A stretch of DNA of 64,000 bases from Candidatus Aenigmatarchaeota archaeon (lineage in GTDB: Archaea > Aenigmatarchaeota > Aenigmatarchaeia > PWEA01): positions 6,895-70,894 of the forward strand of contig PWHK01000020.1 of assembly GCA_003554845.1 (NCBI GenBank). Reading direction: 5' to 3'. Every line of letters starts with the position of its first letter. Position 1 is the first letter of the stretch. Both the position numbers and the translations under genes were made by a program. Below are positions 29,127-38,779 of the stretch, piece after piece. The notes below the pieces were generated by a model. It was not told the origin of the DNA and ran no database searches. It saw only the letters and a program-made list of their open reading frames with translations.

Positions 29127-30332
29127 ATGTCTAAAAAGAGTAAAACCTTTGGAGAAGATTTCAACTCTGTAGGGGAGGCTTTGGAGAGAGAAGGAAGGTT
29201 CTTGATGGCTCTTGATATGGCAAACTACGAAATGGAAGGCCTTGACTTTGACCTCCCCGGTGGATTCCTCAGGGAAGTTTACAGAGAAACCGAAGATACA
29301 CTCGATGAAATCAAAGACATCCAGTTCGAACGCGGAGACAGAGAATATCTGAAGTCTACAACAGCGGACAACGAAAGAGCATTTGACCTATACAACAAAG
29401 AAGTAATGGATAGAACAAGAAAGGTAGTTGAAGGAGAGGACCATCTCCTTCCCAAGAATGAAGTTTCAGATCTCTACAGTATTTTGGATAGGTCCATGAA
29501 CATTCAGAGAAAAAATCTGAGAAGCCACAGAAGGGCCAGGGATCTATATAGAAGAGGTCTTATGACGAGAAAGGAGTTTTTCAGGGAGATGGCAGGCAAG
29601 TCCACCCATAACGGAAAGGAAACCTTTGAAGAAGCAAAGAAGGGAATAGGTAAAAACATACTCCTCAAAACACATGCTCTATCAAAAAAACTCGACGAGA
29701 CCGACGAAAGAATCGAAGATGTTGAATCATATGTAGATGACCTAAAGAAGATAAGAGACAGACTTGGTATAGATAAAGACTACTCGGAAGTCATGTCGGG
29801 GATGTGGATGAACAAAGAAATAGAACGTAATGAAGATGGCCAAGTGGTTGGCTGGAAGTTGGATCTTCCAGAAGATGATGGAGAAAAAGAATACCATATA
29901 GAAAAATTTCTTTCCGAGGAGATGGAGCAGAAGTACGAGGAAGACCTCTCTGGAAAATTAAACTACAAAGACTTCGATAGTTTTTTATCAGAAGAACTGA
30001 ATACCGTTCCTGGAAAATACAGTTTCTCAACGATTCCAATGCACGGAGAAGCACTGGATATAATTTCGTATATGATAGACATAGATGAAGACGAGTGGAC
30101 AGAAAGCAGATCGGAAGAATATAAAAAGGGAATGCTGTACACAGAAAAGAATCTGGAAGATATAAAGAAGGGTCTCGAAGACAAAGAGGACGGGGAATAC
30201 AGAAACGAAAGGGTGGTCGGTGGACTGAAATGCTTGGAGGATGGTTCATACAAAAACTTCAAGGTAGAAGAACTGGAGGGTAGATACGGTCTATGGATGA
30301 ACTCCGAGGCATACGGAGAAGGCGAGGATTAG
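29127..30332 (+). CDS. hypothetical acidic protein
   Basis: 401 aa, E/K/D-rich. 12 nt after the previous stop. Confidence 0.45.
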   Translation: MSKKSKTFGEDFNSVGEALEREGRFLMALDMANYEMEGLDFDLPGGFLREVYRETEDTLDEIKDIQFERGDREYLKSTTADNERAFDLYNKEVMDRTRKVVEGEDHLLPKNEVSDLYSILDRSMNIQRKNLRSHRRARDLYRRGLMTRKEFFREMAGKSTHNGKETFEEAKKGIGKNILLKTHALSKKLDETDERIEDVESYVDDLKKIRDRLGIDKDYSEVMSGMWMNKEIERNEDGQVVGWKLDLPEDDGEKEYHIEKFLSEEMEQKYEEDLSGKLNYKDFDSFLSEELNTVPGKYSFSTIPMHGEALDIISYMIDIDEDEWTESRSEEYKKGMLYTEKNLEDIKKGLEDKEDGEYRNERVVGGLKCLEDGSYKNFKVEELEGRYGLWMNSEAYGEGED

Positions 30333-30383
30333 TACTTTTAATACTTTTATATTATCAGACCTTAAAGAGTATTTGAGATTGGC

Positions 30384-30944
30384 ATGCCAATAGAGATAAG
30401 CGAGGAACTTCTTTACGACCTGGTCTTCAGAGCAATACTAAAGGTTCCGGAATGTGGTCCAGATGGCGGATGGGGTTGCCTAACAGGAGAACCAACACAC
30501 GACCTCATATTTGCATTCTTTCTGCCCCATATAGTTCTATTTATATTTCTATTTGTCATAATGGGTGCCGCTACCCCCGGTTCGAATGGTAAGAAGGGTA
30601 TACAGGTACTGTTTTCCATAGGAGTATACATATTTCTAATATACACAGGGTACTATGGACTTCTGGCATCTTGGCTTGTGATATGGATGGCACTGACCGT
30701 TTTCATAGGACTGGCCTACTTTTTCATGGCCAAGATACTTCCAAGTCCTGATAAAACCGCCAAGATAGGAAAACACGTAGGTGGATATGTTAAAAAATCA
30801 TGGGACAGAGATAAGAAACTCAGGAAGATAGACAGAGACATCCAAGAAATAAATAACCTCATAAGAGAAAATCCGGGGAACACAAGACTTCCAAAGCTCC
30901 TGGCAGAGCTGAAGATGGAAAGAAACAAAATTCAATCCAGATGA
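30384..30944 (+). CDS. hypothetical membrane protein with basic coiled-coil tail
   Basis: 186 aa, 3-4 TM helices. Confidence 0.45.
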   Translation: MPIEISEELLYDLVFRAILKVPECGPDGGWGCLTGEPTHDLIFAFFLPHIVLFIFLFVIMGAATPGSNGKKGIQVLFSIGVYIFLIYTGYYGLLASWLVIWMALTVFIGLAYFFMAKILPSPDKTAKIGKHVGGYVKKSWDRDKKLRKIDRDIQEINNLIRENPGNTRLPKLLAELKMERNKIQSR

Positions 30945-30954
30945 GGTATAAAAA

Positions 30955-31422
30955 ATGACAACAGTTGCACATATAATGGACGGCTCATTCCTGTTGCCCT
31001 TCCTTTTCACACTTGCGGTTGTCTACGGACTTCTCTCTATGATGGGAGACGAAAAGGAAGGTCTCTTTGGTAAAAACTCTGTAAACATGATAATAGCACT
31101 GGTTTTTGCCGTTTTTGCAGCCGGTTACGAACCCTTTGTAGTGTTCTTCTTCTCTTACTTCGGAATCATACTGTGGGCCTTCGTAGGACTTTTCTTTCTT
31201 GCCTTTTTCAAAAAGGTGCTGTCTACAGGTAAGAAGGACAAGAAGGAGAAGGCTATATACGCCGGTGTCATCCTGCTGGTTTTTGCAAGTATAGCAGGTC
31301 TAGGAACGATATATGCCCCTGAGTTCGAAATACCTGTCCTGGGAACACAGAACTTTGTAGTGGTATTAGGTCTTTTCTTAGTACTGTACGTGATCTACAA
31401 CACACTCACCATCGACGAGTAG
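30955..31422 (+). CDS. small polytopic membrane protein, paralog family member 1 (LPFLFTLAVVYGLLS)
   Basis: Shares the N-terminal LPWLL-T-FA-VYG-LSQ block with the next three genes. Confidence 0.5.
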   Translation: MTTVAHIMDGSFLLPFLFTLAVVYGLLSMMGDEKEGLFGKNSVNMIIALVFAVFAAGYEPFVVFFFSYFGIILWAFVGLFFLAFFKKVLSTGKKDKKEKAIYAGVILLVFASIAGLGTIYAPEFEIPVLGTQNFVVVLGLFLVLYVIYNTLTIDE

Positions 31423-31465
31423 TTGAAACTTTAAATAAGTAACACATAAACAATAAAGTGGTAAC

Positions 31466-31963
31466 ATGTCAGAAAGTCTCATAGGACAGATGATACAGAA
31501 TCTCGAAGGTCTTGGTTTTTTTGCATATCTTCTACCATGGCTTCTTACTCTTGCAATAGTTTTCGGTATACTGGAGCATTATGACATGCCTGAATCAACC
31601 TCGGCCAGAGGCGTAATAGCAATAGTTGCTGCCTTTACTGTGCTTCCTGTAGGTGGTCTAATAGCCCCGTTTCTAAAGGACATGGTAACAGGACTCGTGG
31701 CCATAGGTGTTGGAATACTTGTTGCAGTAATATTTATTGAGCTCCTTGGGTACAAGGTAAGCGACACACAGAACATATTCCTTAAGCATCCTATGAGCTT
31801 CGGAGTTATAATGATAATACTCGCTGTTATGGTTTTCGTCGGTGCAGGTGGAATGGAACTCATAGGAGTTTCCATAAACGTTACAAGTGAGCTCGTAACC
31901 CTACTGGCATTCCTTGCTGTAATATCACTTGGAGTATGGTTTATAGCTGCAAAGGAAGGGTAG
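31466..31963 (+). CDS. small polytopic membrane protein, paralog 2
   Basis: FFAYLLPWLLTLAIVFGILEHYDMPESTSARGVIAIV. Confidence 0.5.
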   Translation: MSESLIGQMIQNLEGLGFFAYLLPWLLTLAIVFGILEHYDMPESTSARGVIAIVAAFTVLPVGGLIAPFLKDMVTGLVAIGVGILVAVIFIELLGYKVSDTQNIFLKHPMSFGVIMIILAVMVFVGAGGMELIGVSINVTSELVTLLAFLAVISLGVWFIAAKEG

Positions 31964-32013
31964 GATATAAAAAGACTTAAAAAGATTAGGATAGAACAAT
32001 AGGTTGTGAAAAG

Positions 32014-32556
32014 ATGGAAGGAGTTGCAGTCGACTTTTTTGGCACAGGTGTAGCAGACGAGTTCTTCGTATATGCCCTTCCATGGCTTCTTGTCTTTGCT
32101 CTTGTCTACGGAATACTTTCACAGTTGGGCAAGGACGGTATGCCTAATAGCAACTCTACAAGGGCTGTTATATCCGTTGTACTTGCATTCTTCTCGCTTC
32201 TATTTGCACAGCCACTTATGATGTTCCTACAGGCTATAGGAGGAAGTGCAATAGTCATACTCACAGGATTTCTCTTCTTCTTCATACTTCTGGAGCTCAC
32301 AGGAACAGAAGGTGGTGCAATGGATTTTATAGGGGAACATCCAGGTAAGTTCGGATTGGTTCTTCTTGTAATAATAGTAACACTGTTTATTGGTTCGGGG
32401 GGTATAGAGATGATGGGACTTGATGGTATAACCCCGCCGCTGAACCCTGCCACGACATTTTTCCTTGTGGTAGTTGCAGTATCGATCTGGTGGATGGTCC
32501 ATGGAGGAAATGGAGAGGATAATAAAAACGAAACACCCGGAGAAGGACCACGATGA
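32014..32556 (+). CDS. small polytopic membrane protein, paralog 3
   Basis: FFVYALPWLLVFALVYGILSQLGKDGMPNSNSTRAVISVV. Confidence 0.5.
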   Translation: MEGVAVDFFGTGVADEFFVYALPWLLVFALVYGILSQLGKDGMPNSNSTRAVISVVLAFFSLLFAQPLMMFLQAIGGSAIVILTGFLFFFILLELTGTEGGAMDFIGEHPGKFGLVLLVIIVTLFIGSGGIEMMGLDGITPPLNPATTFFLVVVAVSIWWMVHGGNGEDNKNETPGEGPR

Positions 32557-33107
32557 TGACTGAAACCATTACAGGAATAGCCTTGATGGCACAAACAGGC
32601 CCCGTCGAAGAAATATCACAGTTTATAGGAATAGATTTCTTCTCGCTTGTACTTCCATGGCTCCTTACATTTGCAATAGTATACGGTGTATTGAGCCAGT
32701 TGGGTGGCAAAGGAAAGAGTGGAATGCCTGAAAACGACGCCGCAAGGGCTATAATAGGAATTGTAATGGCATTTATAATAGCCCCTGTTCTTTCACCGTA
32801 TGTTATACAACTTGCTGCACTATCTGCTGGTTTCATAGCACTGATAGCAGGCGTGCTTATACTTGTAATATTTGTCGAAGTAGCAGGATTCGACAAAGAG
32901 AAAGGAACGCACGGAGGAAAGTTCTTCGGAAAGTACTCGAGCATGACAGGACTTATAATTGCAATACTTGCTGTACTGGTATTCATTGGATCCGGGGCAC
33001 CCGAAGCACTCGGACTGAACCTTCCACCCTACATATCACAGAACTACCCGCTTCTGTTTTTCCTTGGATTCATGGTTATCATAGTATGGTGGATGGTCGA
33101 CGAATAG
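32553..33107 (+). CDS. small polytopic membrane protein, paralog 4
   Basis: FFSLVLPWLLTFAIVYGVLSQLGGKGKSGMPENDAARAIIGIV. Overlaps the previous gene by 4 nt. Confidence 0.5.
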   Translation: MMTETITGIALMAQTGPVEEISQFIGIDFFSLVLPWLLTFAIVYGVLSQLGGKGKSGMPENDAARAIIGIVMAFIIAPVLSPYVIQLAALSAGFIALIAGVLILVIFVEVAGFDKEKGTHGGKFFGKYSSMTGLIIAILAVLVFIGSGAPEALGLNLPPYISQNYPLLFFLGFMVIIVWWMVDE

Positions 33108-33116
33108 CCTAAGAAA

Positions 33117-33887
33117 TTATTCTACAGATTCACGATGGCCGTCGCTGTATTCTTCATCATCGGATGATTCATTGTCCCTGCGTTTGTTCTTTGTTATCTT
33201 CGGGAGAAACTCCTTGAAGGCCTTTTCCAGTGAACTCACCCTCGATCCAATACCTTCAAGACGGGAAGAAACATCGTCTATATCATATTCTATTTCTTCT
33301 AAATTATCATCCTGCCTTTCCTTTATACTATCTATCTCATCTCTGAGATCCTCTATCTCAGCAACTATCTCTTCTCTCCCCTCCATAAACTTCTCAAGAT
33401 CCTTCTCCACATTAGACCACTTTTCATCTATTATCTCCTCTACAAGTATCTCGAGCTCTATCTCCTCCTCTTCGGTCATGAAAGCCTCGGTTTGTGGAGA
33501 CGGGGGAGTCCTGCTACCACGCTGTCCACCTCCCTGGTTTGAAAAAGACGAAGACGGCTGGGGAGCAACAAATGTATTTTCAGAAAAATCGTTGGCTGGC
33601 TCAGACCTATCAGCAGGAGCCTCTTCGTCAAGTTTCGGTGATCTGCGGGCAACCTGTGATTCACCAGTAGAACTTGAAACCTTGTTTTTGAGTACCTTGT
33701 TCATGCTCCTCTCTATCCTGTCGTTCGGATACCCCATACTCTTGAGTTCATTTATTATCTCCATCTCCGAATAGCCCTGGGAAGCAAGCCTCCTGACCTC
33801 TCCACTAGGCGATCCTAAACCAGAAGAATCAAAACTATCGTCCTTGTCACTTTCTCCGTCCTTACTCTTACCAAAACCAAGAACCAT
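33117..33887 (-). CDS. hypothetical acidic coiled-coil protein
   Basis: 256 aa. Ser-rich N-terminus and strongly acidic coiled-coil C-terminus. Confidence 0.4.
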   Translation of the reverse strand: MVLGFGKSKDGESDKDDSFDSSGLGSPSGEVRRLASQGYSEMEIINELKSMGYPNDRIERSMNKVLKNKVSSSTGESQVARRSPKLDEEAPADRSEPANDFSENTFVAPQPSSSFSNQGGGQRGSRTPPSPQTEAFMTEEEEIELEILVEEIIDEKWSNVEKDLEKFMEGREEIVAEIEDLRDEIDSIKERQDDNLEEIEYDIDDVSSRLEGIGSRVSSLEKAFKEFLPKITKNKRRDNESSDDEEYSDGHRESVE

Positions 33888-33892
33888 GTTAC

Positions 33893-34294
33893 CTACTTCC
33901 TCTTTTGAAGCTCTTCTTTAATAAGTCTTTTCACTTCGTCCTCGGTAACAAACTCCGTTTCCATAGGTGAAAGAAGGTTTATGAAATTCTTTACCTCTTC
34001 GAACTCGGCCCTCCTGGGAACATCCTCAAGTCTATCCTTTATCTTTGGTATCTTGTTCTCTATCTTGAGTATTCTCATGAGAAGTTCATCCAGACCGTCC
34101 TTTACCTTTTCTATATCGTCTCTTTCCCTGTCCTCGAGATCCATTATTCTGTCCTCGAGGGATCTCAATGCAGTTTCCACAGACTTGTTTTCCCTTTCAA
34201 CGTCTCTCAGCCGCCTTGAATTGCCCTTGACCCTTTCGAGAAGCTCCCGTACAATTTCCCTGAGACCTTGATCATCCGCCTCACCAAAAGCCAT
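33893..34294 (-). CDS. hypothetical coiled-coil protein
   Basis: 133 aa. Heptad-like charged pattern. Confidence 0.4.
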   Translation of the reverse strand: MAFGEADDQGLREIVRELLERVKGNSRRLRDVERENKSVETALRSLEDRIMDLEDRERDDIEKVKDGLDELLMRILKIENKIPKIKDRLEDVPRRAEFEEVKNFINLLSPMETEFVTEDEVKRLIKEELQKRK

Positions 34295-34305
34295 AGTATC
34301 AGTTT

Positions 34306-34333
34306 ACTTTATTAGAACTTTACTTAATAAAGT
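34306..34333. promoter_or_regulatory. inverted repeat ACTTTATTA-N10-TAATAAAGT in the divergent intergenic region
   Basis: Perfect 9-bp arms seen directly, between the divergently transcribed 33893-34294 (-) and 34393 (+) genes. Confidence 0.35.
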
Positions 34334-34392
34334 TAGAGGGAAACGAAACTTTTAGAAACTACCCCTACAAAAGATAAACATAGGACCATGCT

Positions 34393-36675
34393 GTGGTTAA
34401 AATGCCATGTGATTATGAATACAACGAAAAGGAAAACAAGATAGAAGTAAACTGTTCGGGCTGTATATACGGCAGTAGCGTTGCCGACTACGAAGAATGC
34501 ATGGCAAATACAATCGACAAGATTCTCAAAGTCAAGGGAGTAGAGTCGGTGGTATTCAAGAACAGCCGTGAGTACGAGTACCCCTACGAACAGACAAGAA
34601 TTCTAGTGGAAATAGCAGAGGTTCTGGAAGACATAATGAAAGACAAGGGACTGAGGAAGCTTGAACGTATGGATGCACCGGGCTGTAGCCAGTACTTCAG
34701 GGAAAAATACTCTGAGCTCCAGAACATTGTACTTGAGGAGTTCACTAAGGATCCCATAGGAACTTACATAAGGCTGAAGAGGAAGTTGAGGCACATCCGT
34801 ATTCAGATGAAAGAAAACAAGGGTGGTCCCCAGAACAACTGCAGAAAGAAATACCTCGAAGAGATACTCATACCGATAAAAGAAGAGATAGAAAACACAA
34901 GGATGATACAGGGTGTAAAGGACCAGCTCTCCGGATACCGGCCCGGGAGAAGGGATGCATACAGAGAACTTTTCTATCCTTCCGTAAGGCCAAACTTCAT
35001 GCGAACAAAGTATATGAGACAGGCCCCTGAAAGTGGAAAGAAGTTGGAGCACTACAACATAGGAAGTTCCGATGTGGACATATACGATCTCCCGGATGAA
35101 ACAAGACCCATGTACCACTTTTCTCCACCGGAGTTCAAACTCGAAGAGGAGGAGTACAAGATACTAGACGAGGCTCAGAGATACCTCAGTGAACACAGAC
35201 CACAGACAACAGAATTTGCCGACTCAAAGAGAACAAGAGAAGTATTTTCTTCTATAGGAAGAGATCTTGTAAAGGATATAGCAAGAAGGAAGAGTGTCGA
35301 TCTTGAAAACGAACAGGTAGAAAGACTAACATCTATACTCGGTAGATACACAGGAGGACTGGGCATACTCGAGGCCATACTCGAAGACGAAAGAATACAG
35401 GACATATACGTGAACTCTCCCATAGGCAGCAAGCCTATATTTGTAAACCATGGAGATTACGGCGAGTGCAAGACAAACATAATTCCAACACAGGACGATG
35501 CAGAAAGCTGGGCAACAAAGTTAAGGCTTTCAAGTGGAAGGCCACTGGACGAGGCCAATCCTGTCCTTGATTCATCTGTAGAAGTACCCGGTGGAAGTGC
35601 AAGAATTACAATAATAGCTCCGACGCTCTCTCCACAAGGAATGGGCTTTGCAATAAGAAGACACAGAGAGGACCCGTGGACATATCCCCTCTACCTGAAG
35701 CCCGATGTAGGCTACTTCAGTCCACTCTTCACCGGTCTGATGAGTTTTGTAATAGACGGTGGAAGAAGTTTTCTTATAGGAGGTGGCAGAGGATCGGGTA
35801 AGACTTCACTCCTTGGAGCTTCCCTCATGGAAATGAAAAAGGACTGGAGAATAATAACAAGCGAAGACACTCTAGAACTTCCTGTAAACAGACTCAGGGA
35901 GCTGGACTACGACGTACAGAACCTAAAATCAAGGTCTGTTATAACACAGGTCGAAACCGAACTTCCTGCATCCGAGGCAATAAGAACAGCCCTCCGTCTT
36001 GGTGACTCTGCTCTCATAATGGGTGAAGTCAGGTCAAAGGAAGCAAAGGCACTCTACGAAGCCATGCGTATAGGAGCCATGGCAAAGACTGTAGCAGGAA
36101 CCATACATGGTGAATCGGCATACGGTCTCTTCGACCGTGTTGTAAACGATCTCAACGTACCGAAGACATCGTTCAAGGCCACCGATCTAATTGTAATATG
36201 TAATAGGATAAAGAGCGCCTCAGGACTCCATGAAATGAGGAGGGTAACAAATGTGACAGAGGTCAGAAAACACTGGTCCGATGATCCAAGGGCAGAAGGA
36301 GGATTTGTTCCCCTAATGGAATATTCGGCAGAAGACGACGAACTAAAGCCTACAAATACACTCCTAAACGGCGAGTCTGAAATTCTCAATAGAATATCTT
36401 CCCAGGTAAAGGACTGGGCAGGAAGGTGGGACAGAGTCTGGGACAATATAGAACTCAGGGCTAAGGTCAAGGAGGCCGTAACGGACTATGCCCTAAAGAC
36501 AGGGAACGAAGAGATTATGGAAGCTCCCTTTGTTGTAAAGAGTAACAGTAAGTTCCGACTTACCATGGACGAAGTAAAGAATGAGATCGGGTATATAGAT
36601 CCTGACGAAACATTCGATAGATGGGAAAAATGGCTCAAGGAGCAGATAAAGACAGGTGAGTTCAAGAATGCCTAA
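34393..36675 (+). CDS. type II/IV secretion-system ATPase (FlaI/ArlI / GspE / TadA family) with long N-terminal extension
   Basis: Walker A GGGRGSGKTS, the following TSEDTLEL box, and Walker B ALIMGEVR, all in the C-terminal half of a 760 aa protein. GTG start. An ATG at 34402 is also possible. Confidence 0.8.
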   Translation: MVKMPCDYEYNEKENKIEVNCSGCIYGSSVADYEECMANTIDKILKVKGVESVVFKNSREYEYPYEQTRILVEIAEVLEDIMKDKGLRKLERMDAPGCSQYFREKYSELQNIVLEEFTKDPIGTYIRLKRKLRHIRIQMKENKGGPQNNCRKKYLEEILIPIKEEIENTRMIQGVKDQLSGYRPGRRDAYRELFYPSVRPNFMRTKYMRQAPESGKKLEHYNIGSSDVDIYDLPDETRPMYHFSPPEFKLEEEEYKILDEAQRYLSEHRPQTTEFADSKRTREVFSSIGRDLVKDIARRKSVDLENEQVERLTSILGRYTGGLGILEAILEDERIQDIYVNSPIGSKPIFVNHGDYGECKTNIIPTQDDAESWATKLRLSSGRPLDEANPVLDSSVEVPGGSARITIIAPTLSPQGMGFAIRRHREDPWTYPLYLKPDVGYFSPLFTGLMSFVIDGGRSFLIGGGRGSGKTSLLGASLMEMKKDWRIITSEDTLELPVNRLRELDYDVQNLKSRSVITQVETELPASEAIRTALRLGDSALIMGEVRSKEAKALYEAMRIGAMAKTVAGTIHGESAYGLFDRVVNDLNVPKTSFKATDLIVICNRIKSASGLHEMRRVTNVTEVRKHWSDDPRAEGGFVPLMEYSAEDDELKPTNTLLNGESEILNRISSQVKDWAGRWDRVWDNIELRAKVKEAVTDYALKTGNEEIMEAPFVVKSNSKFRLTMDEVKNEIGYIDPDETFDRWEKWLKEQIKTGEFKNA

Positions 36676-38731
36676 GGACCCGAAAAAGGGGGATGGTTAT
36701 CCCAAGGAAGAAGGTCTGAGGATGCCTGAAAACAAGGAGAGGAGTTTCAAATCGAGGGAATATGAGACATTTCTAGAAGAGGAAAGAGAGCAGAAAAAAC
36801 TTTCGATATATGAAAAAATGTGCAATATTTCTGAGAATATAATCGTTGTGGAACCAGACGAGGAAAAGAAGAAGGAGATAGAACGATCAATAAACATGAC
36901 GTATATGAACATCACTCCGGCGGGCGCCTATTCCTTTGCTATCTTATTCGGAACCGCCATCTTTGTTATTTCGATAATGCTGATGATACTCGGTATTGCT
37001 TCGATGGTATTCGGCATTCTCATGTTCGTACTGGGTGCCGTTTCTATATATCTTCTTTCAGAATATCCCAACTCACAGGCCAGGTTATTCCGTGTAAAGG
37101 CAGCCGATCAGATAATGCTTGCTATAATCTATATGGTTATCTACATGAGAACTTCCCCTAATCTCGAAGGAGCCATAAAGTTTACTGCTAAGCATCTTGG
37201 TGAACCACTATCCATGGACTTCAAAAAACTACTATGGGATGTAGAAACAGGTAACTATATATCGATGAGAGAAGCCCTTGGAGACTATCTCGAAAAGTGG
37301 GAAGACAACAAGGCATTTGTAGAATCAGTCCAGATAATTCAGGACTCCATGCAACAGACAGGAGAAAAAAGGAAGAGAATGCTCGACGAAGCAATAAACA
37401 CTATGATGACAGGATCCAGGGAGATGATGAAAAACTACTCGAATAAACTCGAGCTTCCTGTGCTCGTAATACATGCCCTTGGTATAATGCTTCCTATCAT
37501 GGTCCTAATAATGTTTCCTATAATAATGCTGATGTTAGAAGAAACCATAAGACCTGCGTTCCTTATAATAGGATACAACATTGTCCTGCCTCTCATAATA
37601 TACCTAACAGGAAAAAGAACTCTGGAGTACAGGCCCATGGGATTTTCGGAGCCGGATATATCAAAACATCCTGATCACATTCCCTCTGGAATGATAAACA
37701 TCGGAGGTAAGGAGATAAAGATATGGCCTATATCTGTTCTTCTGTCGGTTCCTGTAATACTTATAGGAATATACCTGGTCAATTTCTATGGAGGTGGGGA
37801 CATATCAACCCAACTCTACACATCTCTATTCATAACCCTTGGAATAGCCCTGGGCCCTTCGACCTACTTCTATCTGGACTCAAGTGCCAAGCTGAAGCTA
37901 AGAAAGGAGGTGAAGGACATAGAAGATGAGTTTTCAGAATCTCTTTTCTCTCTGGGCAACATACTCAATCTCGGCAAGCCCATGGAAAGAGCTTTGGAAG
38001 AAACTGCAGTAAAAAATAAAGACATGGACATATCAAATATGTTCGAAATAGTTGTAAACAATATCAAAAAAGGTGGCATGAACATAAGAAGAGCCTTTTT
38101 TGACAATAAGTATGGGGCTGTGTGGCATTATCCATCGAATCTCATAATATCCGTCATGAAAATAGTTATGGATGCAGCAGAGAAGGGCTCGGATGTAGTT
38201 TCCAGATCAACTATATCCATATCAAAGTATCTACAGCAGCTCGATGAGATAGAAGAAGATCTTAAGAACATGCTCTCGTCTGAAACCACTTCCATGCAGT
38301 TTCTGGGAACATTTTTGGGGCCCTTCGTAGCAGGAGTTTCTGTGGCCATGGCTGCTATAATGATATCAATATTCCACGGCGTGGGTGGTTCATTGGATGC
38401 ACTGGCAGGACCAAGGACTTCACCAGGAGTAGGTGGAATCGGCGGGATGGGGCTCAATGAAGGTCTGGTAGGTGGATGGGGCTCGGCGGAAAATATGATA
38501 CCTATACCATGGATACAGGTAGTCGTAGGTCTCTACGCTATTCAGACATCCTACCTTCTATCGATGCTGACATCCGGTATAGAAAACGGACCGGGTGATG
38601 AGATCAAAAAAAGACGTAATGCAGCCATAATGATTTTGATAGGTGTAGTAGTTTACGGTCTTTCGATAGCCGTTGTTTGGGAGATCTTCGGAGGACAGAT
38701 TTCAGGACTTCTGTCTGCTACTATAAACTAA
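36656..38731 (+). CDS. polytopic membrane platform protein (FlaJ/TadC-like, T2SS-F-like) - tentative
   Basis: 691 aa with about 9-10 TM helices and cytoplasmic loops. Overlaps the ATPase gene by 20 nt. Assignment rests on genomic context and topology. Confidence 0.5.
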   Translation: MSSRMPKDPKKGDGYPKEEGLRMPENKERSFKSREYETFLEEEREQKKLSIYEKMCNISENIIVVEPDEEKKKEIERSINMTYMNITPAGAYSFAILFGTAIFVISIMLMILGIASMVFGILMFVLGAVSIYLLSEYPNSQARLFRVKAADQIMLAIIYMVIYMRTSPNLEGAIKFTAKHLGEPLSMDFKKLLWDVETGNYISMREALGDYLEKWEDNKAFVESVQIIQDSMQQTGEKRKRMLDEAINTMMTGSREMMKNYSNKLELPVLVIHALGIMLPIMVLIMFPIIMLMLEETIRPAFLIIGYNIVLPLIIYLTGKRTLEYRPMGFSEPDISKHPDHIPSGMINIGGKEIKIWPISVLLSVPVILIGIYLVNFYGGGDISTQLYTSLFITLGIALGPSTYFYLDSSAKLKLRKEVKDIEDEFSESLFSLGNILNLGKPMERALEETAVKNKDMDISNMFEIVVNNIKKGGMNIRRAFFDNKYGAVWHYPSNLIISVMKIVMDAAEKGSDVVSRSTISISKYLQQLDEIEEDLKNMLSSETTSMQFLGTFLGPFVAGVSVAMAAIMISIFHGVGGSLDALAGPRTSPGVGGIGGMGLNEGLVGGWGSAENMIPIPWIQVVVGLYAIQTSYLLSMLTSGIENGPGDEIKKRRNAAIMILIGVVVYGLSIAVVWEIFGGQISGLLSATIN

Positions 38732-38779
38732 AGGAGCAAAACAATAAAAACAAGGTAAAATAAGGTTTATCTGGACCCT

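Noticed and set aside
32387-32986. 199-aa and 162-aa minus-strand ORFs across the membrane-paralog array
   Set aside because: Antisense to four paralogous membrane genes whose conservation pattern is on the plus strand.
33172-33774. 200-aa plus-strand ORF antisense to 33117-33887
   Set aside because: Ser/Leu/Ile-rich shadow frame of an acidic gene. It does not fit the co-directional minus-strand operon with 33893-34294.
34393-38731. Interpretation of the ATPase/platform pair as an archaellum (motility) core
   Set aside because: No archaellin (FlaB) or FlaC-H-like genes nearby. The downstream cargo is large cysteine-rich and GLUG-repeat proteins, more like adhesive pili. An archaellum elsewhere in the genome is not excluded.
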